Assembly (NCBI RefSeq): GCF_001564455.1
Contig: NZ_CP011391.1
Coordinates: forward strand, 570,001-602,000
From: Faecalibaculum rodentium
GTDB taxonomy: Bacteria > Bacillota_I > Bacilli_A > Erysipelotrichales > Erysipelotrichaceae
Reading direction: 5' to 3'
DNA length: 32,000 bases
Under the pieces are notes generated by a model that was given only the letters and a program-made list of their open reading frames with translations, did not search any database and was not told the origin of the DNA. Positions 1-8,995 of the stretch are shown here, piece by piece. Made by a program: the position numbers and the translations under genes. Position 1 is the first letter of the stretch; each line of letters starts with the position of its first letter.

Positions 1-2422
1 TTGTACAGTCCTCGTCTTCATAGATCGTGAATTCGGCTCCTGGCAAGATCTTGTCATGCTCATTGATTTTGATCAGTTTCAGGTCGTATTCCTTGACCTC
101 TTCGTTGACTTTAAGGCCGTACTCAGGGGATCTATTTTTCCCAGCGGACCACTCCATATTCTTGTCAGTCAGATCCGTGATCATTGTGATGCCTGTCTCA
201 GTAACTTTAAAAACGACTTCGTGGGGGTTTTCAACATAGCCAGCACTGGCTGTTTTTTCCAGAATTTTGTGCTCGCCGAGAGCTAGACCGACCAGCTTAA
301 TCTGGCCATTCTCATCTGTCGTAAGATCCTCGGTAGATCCATCCGGCTTAGTGTGAGTATAAATTGTTCCGCCAACAGGGACTGTAGTTCCAATCTGCAC
401 TTTGGTAAGAATCAGCTCATTAACTACGTCAGGTACTTTCGGAGCGTTATAAGTTTTTACATCTTCTGCTTGTCCAGAAGCCGTGATTGTACGAACAAAA
501 CGCTCATTATTAATGTAATAACCCTGCGGGGCCTTGGTTTCCTGAATGGTCACTGTGCCCAACGGTAATACAACAATGCCTTTAGAGTTTTTATAGAAAG
601 CATCACCGGAGACTTTGTGGGCATCATCAAGATATGTAAATCCGTCACTATCTGTACGAATTACCCACGTTCTAGTGGCAGTTCCATCAATGTTCGGATT
701 GATACCTGCAAAGAATTTAACAGTAAATTCCGCTCCTTCCAGAGTAGCGGATCCTTGCGGTTTGCCTTGGTCAGTCTGACTGTCCACTTTCTGTAGCAGG
801 ATTTCAATAGGATCAGACTGCGGATTGTCCTTAGCGTAAACATGATGCATATTAACATATCCTGCAGGATGCGTTTCAGCTGGACCAATCGTGACTTTGT
901 ACTCGGTAGGATCCAAAGCGTATCCTTTTCCGGCTGTTGTCTCCTTGTAGGTGTAATCACCGAATGGCAGCTCGATAATATTTGACCAGTTATCTTTGCT
1001 GTTGTCGGGAATTGTAAGCTTTCCTACAGCCTTTTTATTCTTGTCGTATACCGTATATTCCGTACCAGTGAAGTCGTAGCAATTATTCCCATCTGTGATA
1101 GTCGTATTACTTGACTGCTTTTGTAAGGACAGATGGCCTTTCTGTTCCTCATATACGCCATAAGCCAGCGGCTGATAGGGAGTGGTGATCCCCTGCCAGT
1201 TCATTCCTGAGCCGCTCGTCGGAGCAATATAAGCCACAAAGTCAGAAGGTGGAGACGGCCAGCTCTGCAGCTGATTCCAAATAGATGAAACATAGTCTCT
1301 CCAAATCCAGCCCCCACCGATGTTGGCAGATATGCATGTGCCCGTATTTGCCATTGACACCAAGTCGTTAGTGAAGATTACCTGCTGCTCTTTCGAGTAG
1401 TTTGTTAATTTGTTTTGGGGCCCGTTGTAGCCATAATATAAAGCCTTACGGAGGTTCTCATTGTTCTGCTTAACAGGAGTTCCGAAAGTAGTTCCTGCAG
1501 GAGGAGGGGACTGCATACCGTTAGCGCAAAAAGCGAGCTGACTGCCGTGGTTAGGAGTTGCTATATCCCAGGTGCCCCCATCCATGTATCCGCCACCGCC
1601 ATAATACCAATAGTGAATCGTAAGATTTGTTACGGTTCCTCCTGCACTTCTCTGCATATTGATATAGGGTTCTGATTCATAATCCAGACGAACATTCGGG
1701 TCAAGAATCAACATTCCATTCCACGAAGTTCCATAAATGCCGTAATTCTGTAAAAACTCTTCCGTCAAGAAATAGTCACTATCCACGACCTCCTGAAGAT
1801 CGTATTCTTCTACTTTTTTCTTTCGAAGTTCAAGGGCGCTTGTATAATCGCCCTTTTGGTATTGAGTAATGGCTTTCTCTTCTTCGGGAGTGAGCTGGAA
1901 CTGGCGCTCGAGTTTAGATTGAGTCACTGTTTCCATCACGGCATCTTCCTCTTCAACTGGGGAGCCTGATGTAACTTGAGCCGTTTCTTCAGTTTCCGGG
2001 GTTGCAGTTCTTTCTTTTGATGCAGTTCCTTCCTGGATATTGGCGATATTTGCAAATTCAACCGAAATTACAGAGTCACCCTCAGGAACTTTCCAGTCAA
2101 ACTGATAGTGAGGTCCTGCGGAAAATAACTCATGATTTTTACCATCAATCTTCACGGAAGCAACTTCTGCGTTTACATCGGCCGTTGCATTTATATCAAG
2201 CACAGTTCCAGCTGCCAGGTGCTCCTCGAAAGTTTTGGCGGCAGTGATCGTTCTTGATACGTCATCGTAGTCAACAGAAACCGTTCCTGGGCCCTCTACT
2301 TCAATCGTGAGTTGAGGGGATTCTTCACCGGCTGCATTTACGGCAAAGGATTCAGAGGCAACGGCACCTAAGCCCATGACAGAAGCCAGCGCGAATGCCG
2401 AAAATTTTCTAAATCTTCTCAT
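1..2422 (-). CDS. Secreted surface/adhesin-like protein with signal peptide and repeated Cna-B/SpaA-type (prealbumin-fold) domains; C-terminus runs off the window
   Basis: Absent from the ORF track because it has no in-window stop. My translation from ATG 2422 (preceded by gaaaggaaacaca) gives MRRFRKFSAFALASVMGLGAVASESFAVNAAGE... and stays open to position 2 (about 807 codons). Repeats include LPLGTVTIQETKAPQGYY, LPFGDYTYKETTAGKGYALDPTEYKVTI, LALGEHKILEKTASAGYVENPHEVVFKV, GAEFTVKFF and GAEFTIYEDEDCT. Confidence 0.75.
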   Translation of the reverse strand, partial: MRRFRKFSAFALASVMGLGAVASESFAVNAAGEESPQLTIEVEGPGTVSVDYDDVSRTITAAKTFEEHLAAGTVLDINATADVNAEVASVKIDGKNHELFSAGPHYQFDWKVPEGDSVISVEFANIANIQEGTASKERTATPETEETAQVTSGSPVEEEDAVMETVTQSKLERQFQLTPEEEKAITQYQKGDYTSALELRKKKVEEYDLQEVVDSDYFLTEEFLQNYGIYGTSWNGMLILDPNVRLDYESEPYINMQRSAGGTVTNLTIHYWYYGGGGYMDGGTWDIATPNHGSQLAFCANGMQSPPPAGTTFGTPVKQNNENLRKALYYGYNGPQNKLTNYSKEQQVIFTNDLVSMANTGTCISANIGGGWIWRDYVSSIWNQLQSWPSPPSDFVAYIAPTSGSGMNWQGITTPYQPLAYGVYEEQKGHLSLQKQSSNTTITDGNNCYDFTGTEYTVYDKNKKAVGKLTIPDNSKDNWSNIIELPFGDYTYKETTAGKGYALDPTEYKVTIGPAETHPAGYVNMHHVYAKDNPQSDPIEILLQKVDSQTDQGKPQGSATLEGAEFTVKFFAGINPNIDGTATRTWVIRTDSDGFTYLDDAHKVSGDAFYKNSKGIVVLPLGTVTIQETKAPQGYYINNERFVRTITASGQAEDVKTYNAPKVPDVVNELILTKVQIGTTVPVGGTIYTHTKPDGSTEDLTTDENGQIKLVGLALGEHKILEKTASAGYVENPHEVVFKVTETGITMITDLTDKNMEWSAGKNRSPEYGLKVNEEVKEYDLKLIKINEHDKILPGAEFTIYEDEDCT

Positions 2423-2468
2423 TGTGTTTCCTTTCTAAAATCCTCCATTTTGTTTGGTCACTCCTTTC

Positions 2469-2501
2469 AAAAAAAAACCCAAATCAGGAGGAGGATTTGG
2501 G
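2469..2501 (-). terminator. Rho-independent terminator (cccaaatc / gatttggg stem followed by a T-run on the minus strand)
   Basis: Stem 2478-2485 / 2494-2501. An A9 run at 2469-2477 gives U-rich tail on the minus strand. Confidence 0.65.
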
Positions 2502-2549
2502 TAGGTAGCAAAGTTGCTACCAATTATGTGATTAAGATGTGATAAGAAA

Positions 2550-2569
2550 AGGCGGTTTTTCAACCGCCT
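2550..2569 (-). terminator. Hairpin immediately after the stop of the zinc-ribbon gene
   Basis: aggcggtt / aaccgcct stem 4 nt downstream of stop codon 2574-2576. Minus-strand tail is ttttcttatc. Confidence 0.55.
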
Positions 2570-2573
2570 ATAC

Positions 2574-3149
2574 CTATGATTTATATTCGTTCTCCAAGAA
2601 TGCTTCCAGCTTGTCATCATCCGTATATTCAATCTTGTTCAATTTCCACCAGTGCCATACGGCTTTGCCAAACTGCCATATTGGCCGGATTGCTATGGTG
2701 TAGACACAGAACAAAACAACGGTGCCAAACAGGATATTGTCGATTCCATGGCTAAATCTACCGGCAGCTTCTTCGAGCAGGGCTACTATTCCAAATATGA
2801 CGAAAAACAGAACCATCCCTCCGAGGAAACTACGGGCCCAAAGGCACAGCCGTATAACGAAGATAGCGCCTAAGCATGATAGCAATGTCATTTCCCAATC
2901 ATTACCTTTTTCGATAGCTTTGCTCACAACGACATATACAGCAATCCAGCAGATGGTTGCTACGAGAAGTGAAATCGCAGCTTTTCTAAGGCTATCGTTA
3001 ATCCCAACCTGTCTATATTGCTGTTCAGCTACTTTTTCCTCGTACTCCTGTTTACGATACATATGGTAGTAGTTAACAGCGCCGCATTGAGGACAGCACC
3101 GAGCAGTATCAGAGACCTGGTGTCCGCAGTCTTTACACGTATACAACAT
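2574..3149 (-). CDS. Zinc-ribbon membrane protein (N-terminal CxxC...CxxC, then 3-4 predicted TM helices)
   Basis: MLYTCKDCGHQVSDTARCCPQCGAVN followed by hydrophobic segments (LLVATICWIAVYVVV, LLSCLGAIFVIRLCLW, MVLFFVIFGIVALL, VVLFCVYTIAI). Confidence 0.6.
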   Translation of the reverse strand: MLYTCKDCGHQVSDTARCCPQCGAVNYYHMYRKQEYEEKVAEQQYRQVGINDSLRKAAISLLVATICWIAVYVVVSKAIEKGNDWEMTLLSCLGAIFVIRLCLWARSFLGGMVLFFVIFGIVALLEEAAGRFSHGIDNILFGTVVLFCVYTIAIRPIWQFGKAVWHWWKLNKIEYTDDDKLEAFLENEYKS

Positions 3150-3200
3150 ATCAAATACTCATCTAATTCTTAATCACATAATTCGCAGCAGATTGCTGAC

Positions 3201-4034
3201 TTATTTTGTTGCTCCGCAGCTTGAGCATTTGAATCCGGTAGATACGCGCTCATCATATGCAGCCTGATCCACTACCCATCGTGTTCCGTACTCAGCTGGA
3301 TGGGAAATGGTTTCGTAACCAACAACGACTTGTACCCATTTGCTATAGTATCCACCGTTTTCTCCAGCCAGCATATGTTGCTTAACATGATCGCCAATTC
3401 CAGATTGTCCCAAATCGCTAATATCTGCGTGACATGAACTACAGTAAGTACGCTCATCCATGCCGTAAATTGGCACTTGCTCAGTCCATGCAGCTTTGAT
3501 CAAGTATTGCTCGTTATGACCGACTTCCGGATGGTGGACTGTCCTGAACTGCTCTTCCCAGTTGTGAGTATGAGCAGGTTTTGAGGCAGTACTGCTAGAG
3601 GAGCTGTCCGTGGCTGGCTTGGAAGAGGTTGTGCTACTGGAGTTGTTTTTGTCTGCGGATGCAGCCACAGAACTGTTTGCAGTTGGAGAGGAAGAAGAGG
3701 ACTTATCGGAGGAAGAAGTGGAAGACTTATTTTCAGTGGCACTTCGAGCAGAGGAAGAATTCGTGCCACTCTTTTCTGAATTTGTCTCACCTGTATCGGT
3801 CTTGGATTCAGAACTCTTTGTTTCTGGGTTGTTCAGGGTCTCAGTATCATCTTTGGCAGAGCCTGAAGAATCGCTGGTTGCCTTTGCGACCTTTTTTGTT
3901 GTTTCTGCAGTTCCAGTACTATCTTTGGTTTCTTTTGCCTGCGGGGCAGGGAATGTAGCTGCACACCCTACTCCCAGCAGGACAGCAGCAGTCAAAGCTG
4001 CCGCGATCATCTTTTTCTTCTTATTCATAATCAA
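3201..4034 (-). CDS. Lipoprotein with long Ser/Thr-rich linker and Cys/His-containing C-terminal domain
   Basis: Signal peptide with lipobox-like LLGVGC. About 130 aa of S/T/K/D low complexity. C-terminal part has HTHNW, CSSCH and CSSCG. Confidence 0.6.
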   Translation of the reverse strand: MIMNKKKKMIAAALTAAVLLGVGCAATFPAPQAKETKDSTGTAETTKKVAKATSDSSGSAKDDTETLNNPETKSSESKTDTGETNSEKSGTNSSSARSATENKSSTSSSDKSSSSSPTANSSVAASADKNNSSSTTSSKPATDSSSSSTASKPAHTHNWEEQFRTVHHPEVGHNEQYLIKAAWTEQVPIYGMDERTYCSSCHADISDLGQSGIGDHVKQHMLAGENGGYYSKWVQVVVGYETISHPAEYGTRWVVDQAAYDERVSTGFKCSSCGATK

Positions 4035-4061
4035 TTCCTTTTGTTATCAGTCGCTTCATCC

Positions 4062-4502
4062 TTAAATAACAGCCAGCTCATCGCCGGAATAGTAGAGATC
4101 CTTAGGATCTCGCTTCTCTTTTTTCTTTTCACCCTGGACCTTTGTAGAATGGTCACCAGTTTTAGTCGGGACAAATTCAAAGCTTTCAACACTGAGCTTG
4201 AGACTTTGAATTTTTTTGTCCTTTACAGTGGCTGTAGTAGGATCAAGAACTTTCATCGTATTTATGCTTGATGTCATTGATCCGGATAGAAGCAAAGGAT
4301 CCCCTTTTTTCAAGTAATGGGAAATCGTTTCAGCAATTTTCCCATAAGCAATAAAAGGTATATTGTCATACCCTTTATTGCCTTCAGCGTCTTTATGCGG
4401 ACGCCGAACAGTGAGGCTGTTGGTTAGGTAGGATGTTCCCGACTTGGCTATTTTCAACTCAAGATCGAAAGCCAGCCAACCCATAAATGTAGCGTGGTTC
4501 AT
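4062..4502 (-). CDS. ssb: Single-stranded DNA-binding protein (OB fold)
   Basis: The pattern GWLAFDLELK...SLTVRRP...DNIPFIAYGKIAE...LKKGDPLLLSGS matches the bacterial SSB OB-fold layout. Its start abuts the parA stop. Confidence 0.65.
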   Translation of the reverse strand: MNHATFMGWLAFDLELKIAKSGTSYLTNSLTVRRPHKDAEGNKGYDNIPFIAYGKIAETISHYLKKGDPLLLSGSMTSSINTMKVLDPTTATVKDKKIQSLKLSVESFEFVPTKTGDHSTKVQGEKKKEKRDPKDLYYSGDELAVI

Positions 4503-4504
4503 TC

Positions 4505-5404
4505 TTATCCTTTCAAAACTTCATTTACAAGAGACTGATAGTCGTGCGAAACCGGCGAGGAAGGGAAGGCTTCTATTACGACCTGGTGATTGAGACTGGC
4601 GGTAGAAATCGGTTTTGCCTGATACCGGATAACAGAATCGAAGACCGCCTCTCCGAAGGTGTCTTTGAGTGCCTGGACCCACGCCATGTCAACGCCATTC
4701 CGATTCCGCATCGTAATCAGCAGTTTAACGTCAAACTCAAGTTCCTCTTCATCGAGAATGTTGTAGCAGCTGTTGAGGGTACTGTAAGTGCCCTCCAGAC
4801 CCCCTCTGTCGATCTTTGTGGGGATCACAACCAGATCCCCCTGTTTATAGCAGGCAGTGAGACTGTTGAGAGTCAGCGAGTTCTCGAAAGGCTGATTGTC
4901 GATGATGACGTAGTCATAGTCATCTTCAACCTGTTTCAGCGCCTTACGCAGCACACTCAGAGCGCCGGCAAGTTTGCTCTTCAGCTTCAAGTCCGATGTG
5001 GCCAGCTTGTGGGATGCAGGAAGGATGTCCAGCTTCTCATACTTTGTCGTCTGAATCGCATCGGTGATGGATGCAGATCCCTCGATGACATCATGGATGT
5101 CTGCATCAAAGTCATTCTTGTTTACGTACTGTTCGAGAGCCTGGAAGGAGGCCAGAAAAGGGTCTGCTCCGTCATCAACGAGCTGCTGCCAGGTATCTTT
5201 ATATTCCTGCGCACATTGCGTTGTCAGGCTCTTAGACAGGCCCAAAACAATGCTAGTGGAGTTGGACTGAGGATCATTGTCAACAAGCAACACTTTTTTG
5301 CCGCTCTTAGACAGGCCATAGGCAAGATTCAGGCAGGATGTCGTTTTTCCGTCTCCGCCCTTGTTTGAAACCATCGCAATGATCTTTGCTTTGCTCATTT
5401 CCAT
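4505..5404 (-). CDS. parA: ParA/Soj-family partition ATPase
   Basis: Deviant Walker A KIIAMVSNKGGDGKTTS. Also has VLLVDNDPQ and a YDYVIIDNQP Walker B-like motif. Confidence 0.85.
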   Translation of the reverse strand: MEMSKAKIIAMVSNKGGDGKTTSCLNLAYGLSKSGKKVLLVDNDPQSNSTSIVLGLSKSLTTQCAQEYKDTWQQLVDDGADPFLASFQALEQYVNKNDFDADIHDVIEGSASITDAIQTTKYEKLDILPASHKLATSDLKLKSKLAGALSVLRKALKQVEDDYDYVIIDNQPFENSLTLNSLTACYKQGDLVVIPTKIDRGGLEGTYSTLNSCYNILDEEELEFDVKLLITMRNRNGVDMAWVQALKDTFGEAVFDSVIRYQAKPISTASLNHQVVIEAFPSSPVSHDYQSLVNEVLKG

Positions 5405-6171
5405 TCACCTCTCTCAAACTTCTTCACCATCTCCGCCAGCGATGCACACTCTAAACATTCAAGATGATGTGCCAACTCGGTCAACGTTTCATTTCGCACC
5501 TGCAGTTGCATTTTTTTATTAACGCGAATCTGTCCATTTGTGTGATCCTTCAGCTCCCGGCTGAGAGCAGACAGAAATTCTTCCAGTTTCAGCTGCTCCT
5601 GGTCAGTTTCATCTTCTGTGGTTTCGGGCTCCACCGTTCCTCCAGTCCCGGCTGCTTCCTTGAGATAGTTGGAAATCTGCCGGGCGCTCATTCCGATGTT
5701 TTTTCCAGCCCAGTCCACAAACCTTCCTTCAGCAGTTCCGCTCTTTTTCATCTCTTCCCAGATGGCTTGAAGAGATTTTACTTCCTGGATCCGAATATCC
5801 TTAGTTTTTGTCCGCTGTGCATTTCCACGAATGAGCCGCAGCATCTCATCAGATTTCGACTCAGGTGCATCCTCAATCTTTGCTTGGATCATTCCATCTG
5901 ATTTACCTTCGGATACAAGTTTCAGAACTGCTTTGTATCTTCTTTCACCAGAAAGCAGGGTGTATTCCTTGCCGTCATCTTGAGGATCTGCGAACACGAG
6001 GATATTTGCATCCTGACCATTCTCATTGAGCAAATCTGCCATTTGATCAATGGCCTCTTGTTCAAAGTCTGTCTGGGCATAGAAATTTTCAGGGTTGATA
6101 CGGATCTTCTCGACCGAAATATTACGAAAACCACGAGTCATGGCCTGCTGGACTGATGACTTGAATCCCAT
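5395..6171 (-). CDS. parB: ParB/Srx-domain protein (ParB-like)
   Basis: ParB N-terminal domain signature LLSGERRYKAV. I place the start at ATG 6171 (MGFKSS...) because of the GGAGGA RBS (ggaggatgttactaatATG) and because it abuts the upstream ORF stop. The track ORF extends to 6279. Confidence 0.7.
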   Translation of the reverse strand: MGFKSSVQQAMTRGFRNISVEKIRINPENFYAQTDFEQEAIDQMADLLNENGQDANILVFADPQDDGKEYTLLSGERRYKAVLKLVSEGKSDGMIQAKIEDAPESKSDEMLRLIRGNAQRTKTKDIRIQEVKSLQAIWEEMKKSGTAEGRFVDWAGKNIGMSARQISNYLKEAAGTGGTVEPETTEDETDQEQLKLEEFLSALSRELKDHTNGQIRVNKKMQLQVRNETLTELAHHLECLECASLAEMVKKFERGEWK

Positions 6172-6172
6172 A

Positions 6173-6475
6173 TTAGTAACATCCTCCATCAAAATTCTGA
6201 TATTTTTGTGCATCGTTCTTCTCAAGCCAGGAAAGCTGTTCAGCGGTTGTTTTTTGCCAGACTGTATCGAGCACCCCATCTAAAGGCTGATCTAAATCAT
6301 CAGCAGTTTTCCGAATCAAAACCGACACAAGATCCAAGACCTCCTTTGGTCCGACATTCTGCAAAATGACTTCCTGGTACTCTGGCAACTCTGTGCAGAT
6401 GATGCTGCTGTCAGATCCAGCGATCTTTAGTTCGGAAAACAGAGTTCGTCTTCCGATTGCTTCTTTAACTTTCAT
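6173..6475 (-). CDS. Hypothetical protein (100 aa)
   Basis: ORF is co-oriented and tightly packed with parB. No family recognised. Confidence 0.4.
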   Translation of the reverse strand: MKVKEAIGRRTLFSELKIAGSDSSIICTELPEYQEVILQNVGPKEVLDLVSVLIRKTADDLDQPLDGVLDTVWQKTTAEQLSWLEKNDAQKYQNFDGGCY

Positions 6476-6584
6476 TACCGTATCCTCTACATTCTATGTG
6501 CTCACAAACTCTGTATGAATAGTCTCTCATGGTTTAAGACGATATACATGCACATTAGTGGCATTCATTTGCGTTTGTAACCAC

Positions 6585-6650
6585 ACCTCACTTTCTTCGA
6601 GGCACAGCTTTGCTGTGCAAGTATAAAGTCCATAAAAAAATATAGATATG
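6585..6650 (-). promoter_or_regulatory. Reduced variant of the hairpin-leader module (short hairpin gcacagc/gctgtgc, CATAAA motifs, AAAGTGAGG box) upstream of the parB-parA-ssb operon
   Basis: The sense strand reads tttttttATGGacTTTATACTTGCACagcaaagctgtgcctcgAAGAAAGTGAGG. It shares the RRAAAGTGAGG box and TTTATG motifs with the five modules at 10.1-14.5 kb. Confidence 0.45.
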
Positions 6651-6714
6651 CCCACGCTTTTGCGTGGGCCGCCGCGAAAAATTCAGAAAAAATCGTGTCA
6701 AGCAAATTTCTGAA

Positions 6715-6900
6715 TTATTTTTCTTTTTCCAGAAGATTTGAACTCATCCGTAAAACAGTAAGCTCTTCGGCAAGTATTCTCCGTGCTGAGTCGATTCGAT
6801 CGACCTCAATCTGAAGTTTTCCTCTTTTTGAGTTATAGCCAGCAGAGTATCCAAGAAGCAGCCCAAGAATCGCAATCACAAAAATCCACAATCCATTCAT
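6715..6900 (-). CDS. Small membrane protein (61 aa; one TM helix then a charged helix)
   Basis: MNGLWIFVIAILGLLLGYSAGY... The start overlaps the relaxase stop by 4 nt (coupled). Confidence 0.45.
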   Translation of the reverse strand: MNGLWIFVIAILGLLLGYSAGYNSKRGKLQIEVDRIDSARRILAEELTVLRMSSNLLEKEK

Positions 6901-8471
6901 CTCGCTTTTTCCTCCTTTCTATTTTCTTGATATTTCTCGTAGCGTTCCAATTCCCGTATCTCTTTATCCAATGGTCCCAACTCTTTGATCAACTTGTCCC
7001 TGGCATCTTCTAAAGGCATGAGGTTTTCCTTCTTATATCGCTCAATATGTTCGGGGGTGTCACTGTCACTCTCAATCATTTGGATCTCCATTTCGCCGAT
7101 ACAAGTTTGAATATCCTCGATGGTTTGGTTCAGTTTTCGAATCTCCTCCGCAATCTGGCACCGATTGTCTCGAAGGAAGGGAAGGGATCTCATTTGAGTT
7201 CGCATGTGTCTCTCCCATTCCAGTCGTTGCCAAGTGTTTTCGGCCCGCTGCCCTACGTAGTTCAGCCAGGCATCGCGTTTTTTCCACGGCTGATTCATCG
7301 GGATTGTGTTAATACCAGCCTGGCGATAAATTTCTGTGCGCATTTCGTGGATGGCTTTAAGAGAGTCGGTTGTCAGCAGCTTTTTCATCTGTGGAGACAA
7401 ACGCCCCTGACTAGTCATCAGTTTTACTGAATCAAGATCAAGGGGCTGGCCATTCGCGGTTTCCATATATTTTGTCTTCAAGTAGCGCTGAGCACCTGGG
7501 GGTTTAATCCGGAGACCAGATCTTTTCTTTTGAGCCATCTGCTTATCAAAATGTTCTGATAAATCCGCAACAGACACCCGGCTTTCTTTTCCATATCTGT
7601 AAGCAGGGAAGTCAGCTTCCATGGGCAAGGTTACCTTCATCGTTTGCTTATTCCGATGCCATCTCACAGCAGCAGCGGGAATCTGCACATAGGTCTGCGA
7701 CTTAGGAATTCTCAGGTAGTATGTTGTATCGGTGGTACGCTCTTTATCAAGTAGCACTCGGTTCGCCGTAAAAGAAAAAACGGATGGATCACCATCTTTA
7801 CTGTTGTTATCCAGGGAGCCATCTTCCACTGAAAAATCCAGTTTGCGAAGAATATCTTTGAATGACTGGTAGGATCCTGACCGCGGAGCCAGGTATTCAA
7901 TCACTTTTTTCACAGTGGATTGCTGTGTATCGTTAAAATCCGCCATCCATTCGTAATAAGATCGAGATTTAGGAGACTGCTGTGGCAAGACCCCTAGACC
8001 GTGTTCTCTACAAACTGCATCAGAGATTTGACGGAAATGTTGAAGATCATTTTTCCAGAATATATCCCATCCCTTACCTGTACCGTTCTGATAAGGATGA
8101 ACTAGTATATGCGAATGCAAGTGAGGCTTGTCGGTATGGACGGCCAGGACATAAGGGTATTTACCTTCGGTAATTTTGTCAGCCCATTCTTTGGAAATGT
8201 CAAATACTTCTTCAGGTGTGACAGAACCAGGTTCAAAGGATTGTACGAAATGATAGGCTTTCACTTTAGCCTCTTTTCCGGTTTTTTTTCGCCGCTTTTC
8301 TCTCCACACCTTCCATGTTGTTGAAGCAAGTTGAGGAGGCCCGTTTCTCGCATCGCTGGAATAGACAAGGTACCCACCTGTTGTTTTTTCCTCAGAGTTC
8401 TTAAGATCCAAAATATAAGAGATCGCTTGGGATGCACTGGCAGATATACTCCAACCCTTGACAGTTGCCAT
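6897..8471 (-). CDS. Relaxase (MobA/VirD2-type relaxase/mobilization nuclease domain)
   Basis: Histidine triad HTDKPHLHSHILVHP (HxDxxxxHxH type) at the expected distance from the N-terminus. Long coiled C-terminal part. The gene sits immediately downstream of mobC. Confidence 0.85.
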   Translation of the reverse strand: MATVKGWSISASASQAISYILDLKNSEEKTTGGYLVYSSDARNGPPQLASTTWKVWREKRRKKTGKEAKVKAYHFVQSFEPGSVTPEEVFDISKEWADKITEGKYPYVLAVHTDKPHLHSHILVHPYQNGTGKGWDIFWKNDLQHFRQISDAVCREHGLGVLPQQSPKSRSYYEWMADFNDTQQSTVKKVIEYLAPRSGSYQSFKDILRKLDFSVEDGSLDNNSKDGDPSVFSFTANRVLLDKERTTDTTYYLRIPKSQTYVQIPAAAVRWHRNKQTMKVTLPMEADFPAYRYGKESRVSVADLSEHFDKQMAQKKRSGLRIKPPGAQRYLKTKYMETANGQPLDLDSVKLMTSQGRLSPQMKKLLTTDSLKAIHEMRTEIYRQAGINTIPMNQPWKKRDAWLNYVGQRAENTWQRLEWERHMRTQMRSLPFLRDNRCQIAEEIRKLNQTIEDIQTCIGEMEIQMIESDSDTPEHIERYKKENLMPLEDARDKLIKELGPLDKEIRELERYEKYQENRKEEKAR

Positions 8472-8475
8472 GCAA

Positions 8476-8934
8476 CTATAACTCTCTTTCTATTTTTGCC
8501 TTCAAATTCGGATCTTCCTCGAATGCAATTTCAACGTCCCTATAGAAAACTTTCTCTGGCTTGATTGTCAGGGTTTCAAGCTGAGGCACAACTGAACTGG
8601 AGAACTCTTTAAATGTATTCATGATTGAAGCCGCATTTTCAGCAAGATTCCTATAATCAGGATTATCGAGATATAGATTTATATCGTGAAATTTTTTAGA
8701 CATAGCATTGATCTCGTTCATGGCCTTAACCAACTGATTGATATTCGATCCAATTTTTGCCAACTCAATTTTTAAGGATTCCACCTCTTTTGGATATTCA
8801 TACTTTATGAAATATGGACATAGAGTCGCATTTTTTATCAAAGAGGTCATTGAGATGTCTAAGATACTTGCCCTGCGGGCTATGAGGTTCTTCATTTCAG
8901 CTGTACAGCGTATATGAAATTCCTGGTCTTTCAA
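8476..8934 (-). CDS. mobC: MobC-family relaxosome accessory protein (ribbon-helix-helix like)
   Basis: FHIRCTAEMKNLIARRA... and LAKIGSNINQLVKAMN resemble the MobC signature (iGnNlNQiar). TTG start at 8934 follows an aggaggtg RBS. Confidence 0.7.
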   Translation of the reverse strand: MKDQEFHIRCTAEMKNLIARRASILDISMTSLIKNATLCPYFIKYEYPKEVESLKIELAKIGSNINQLVKAMNEINAMSKKFHDINLYLDNPDYRNLAENAASIMNTFKEFSSSVVPQLETLTIKPEKVFYRDVEIAFEEDPNLKAKIEREL

Positions 8935-8960
8935 ATCATCACCTCCTGGCTCAAACGCAA

Positions 8961-8995
8961 ATATAAAAGGCGAACCCTATGCTGGTGTTCGCCTT
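8961..8995 (-). terminator. Hairpin plus T-run upstream of mobC (insulates mobC-relaxase from read-through)
   Basis: aaggcgaac (8967-8975) pairs with gttcgcctt (8987-8995). Minus-strand tail is ttttatattt. Confidence 0.5.

Noticed and set aside
4544-5368. 274-aa plus-strand ORF
   Set aside because: It is antisense to parA, which has a textbook Walker A motif. It has no RBS and no motif.
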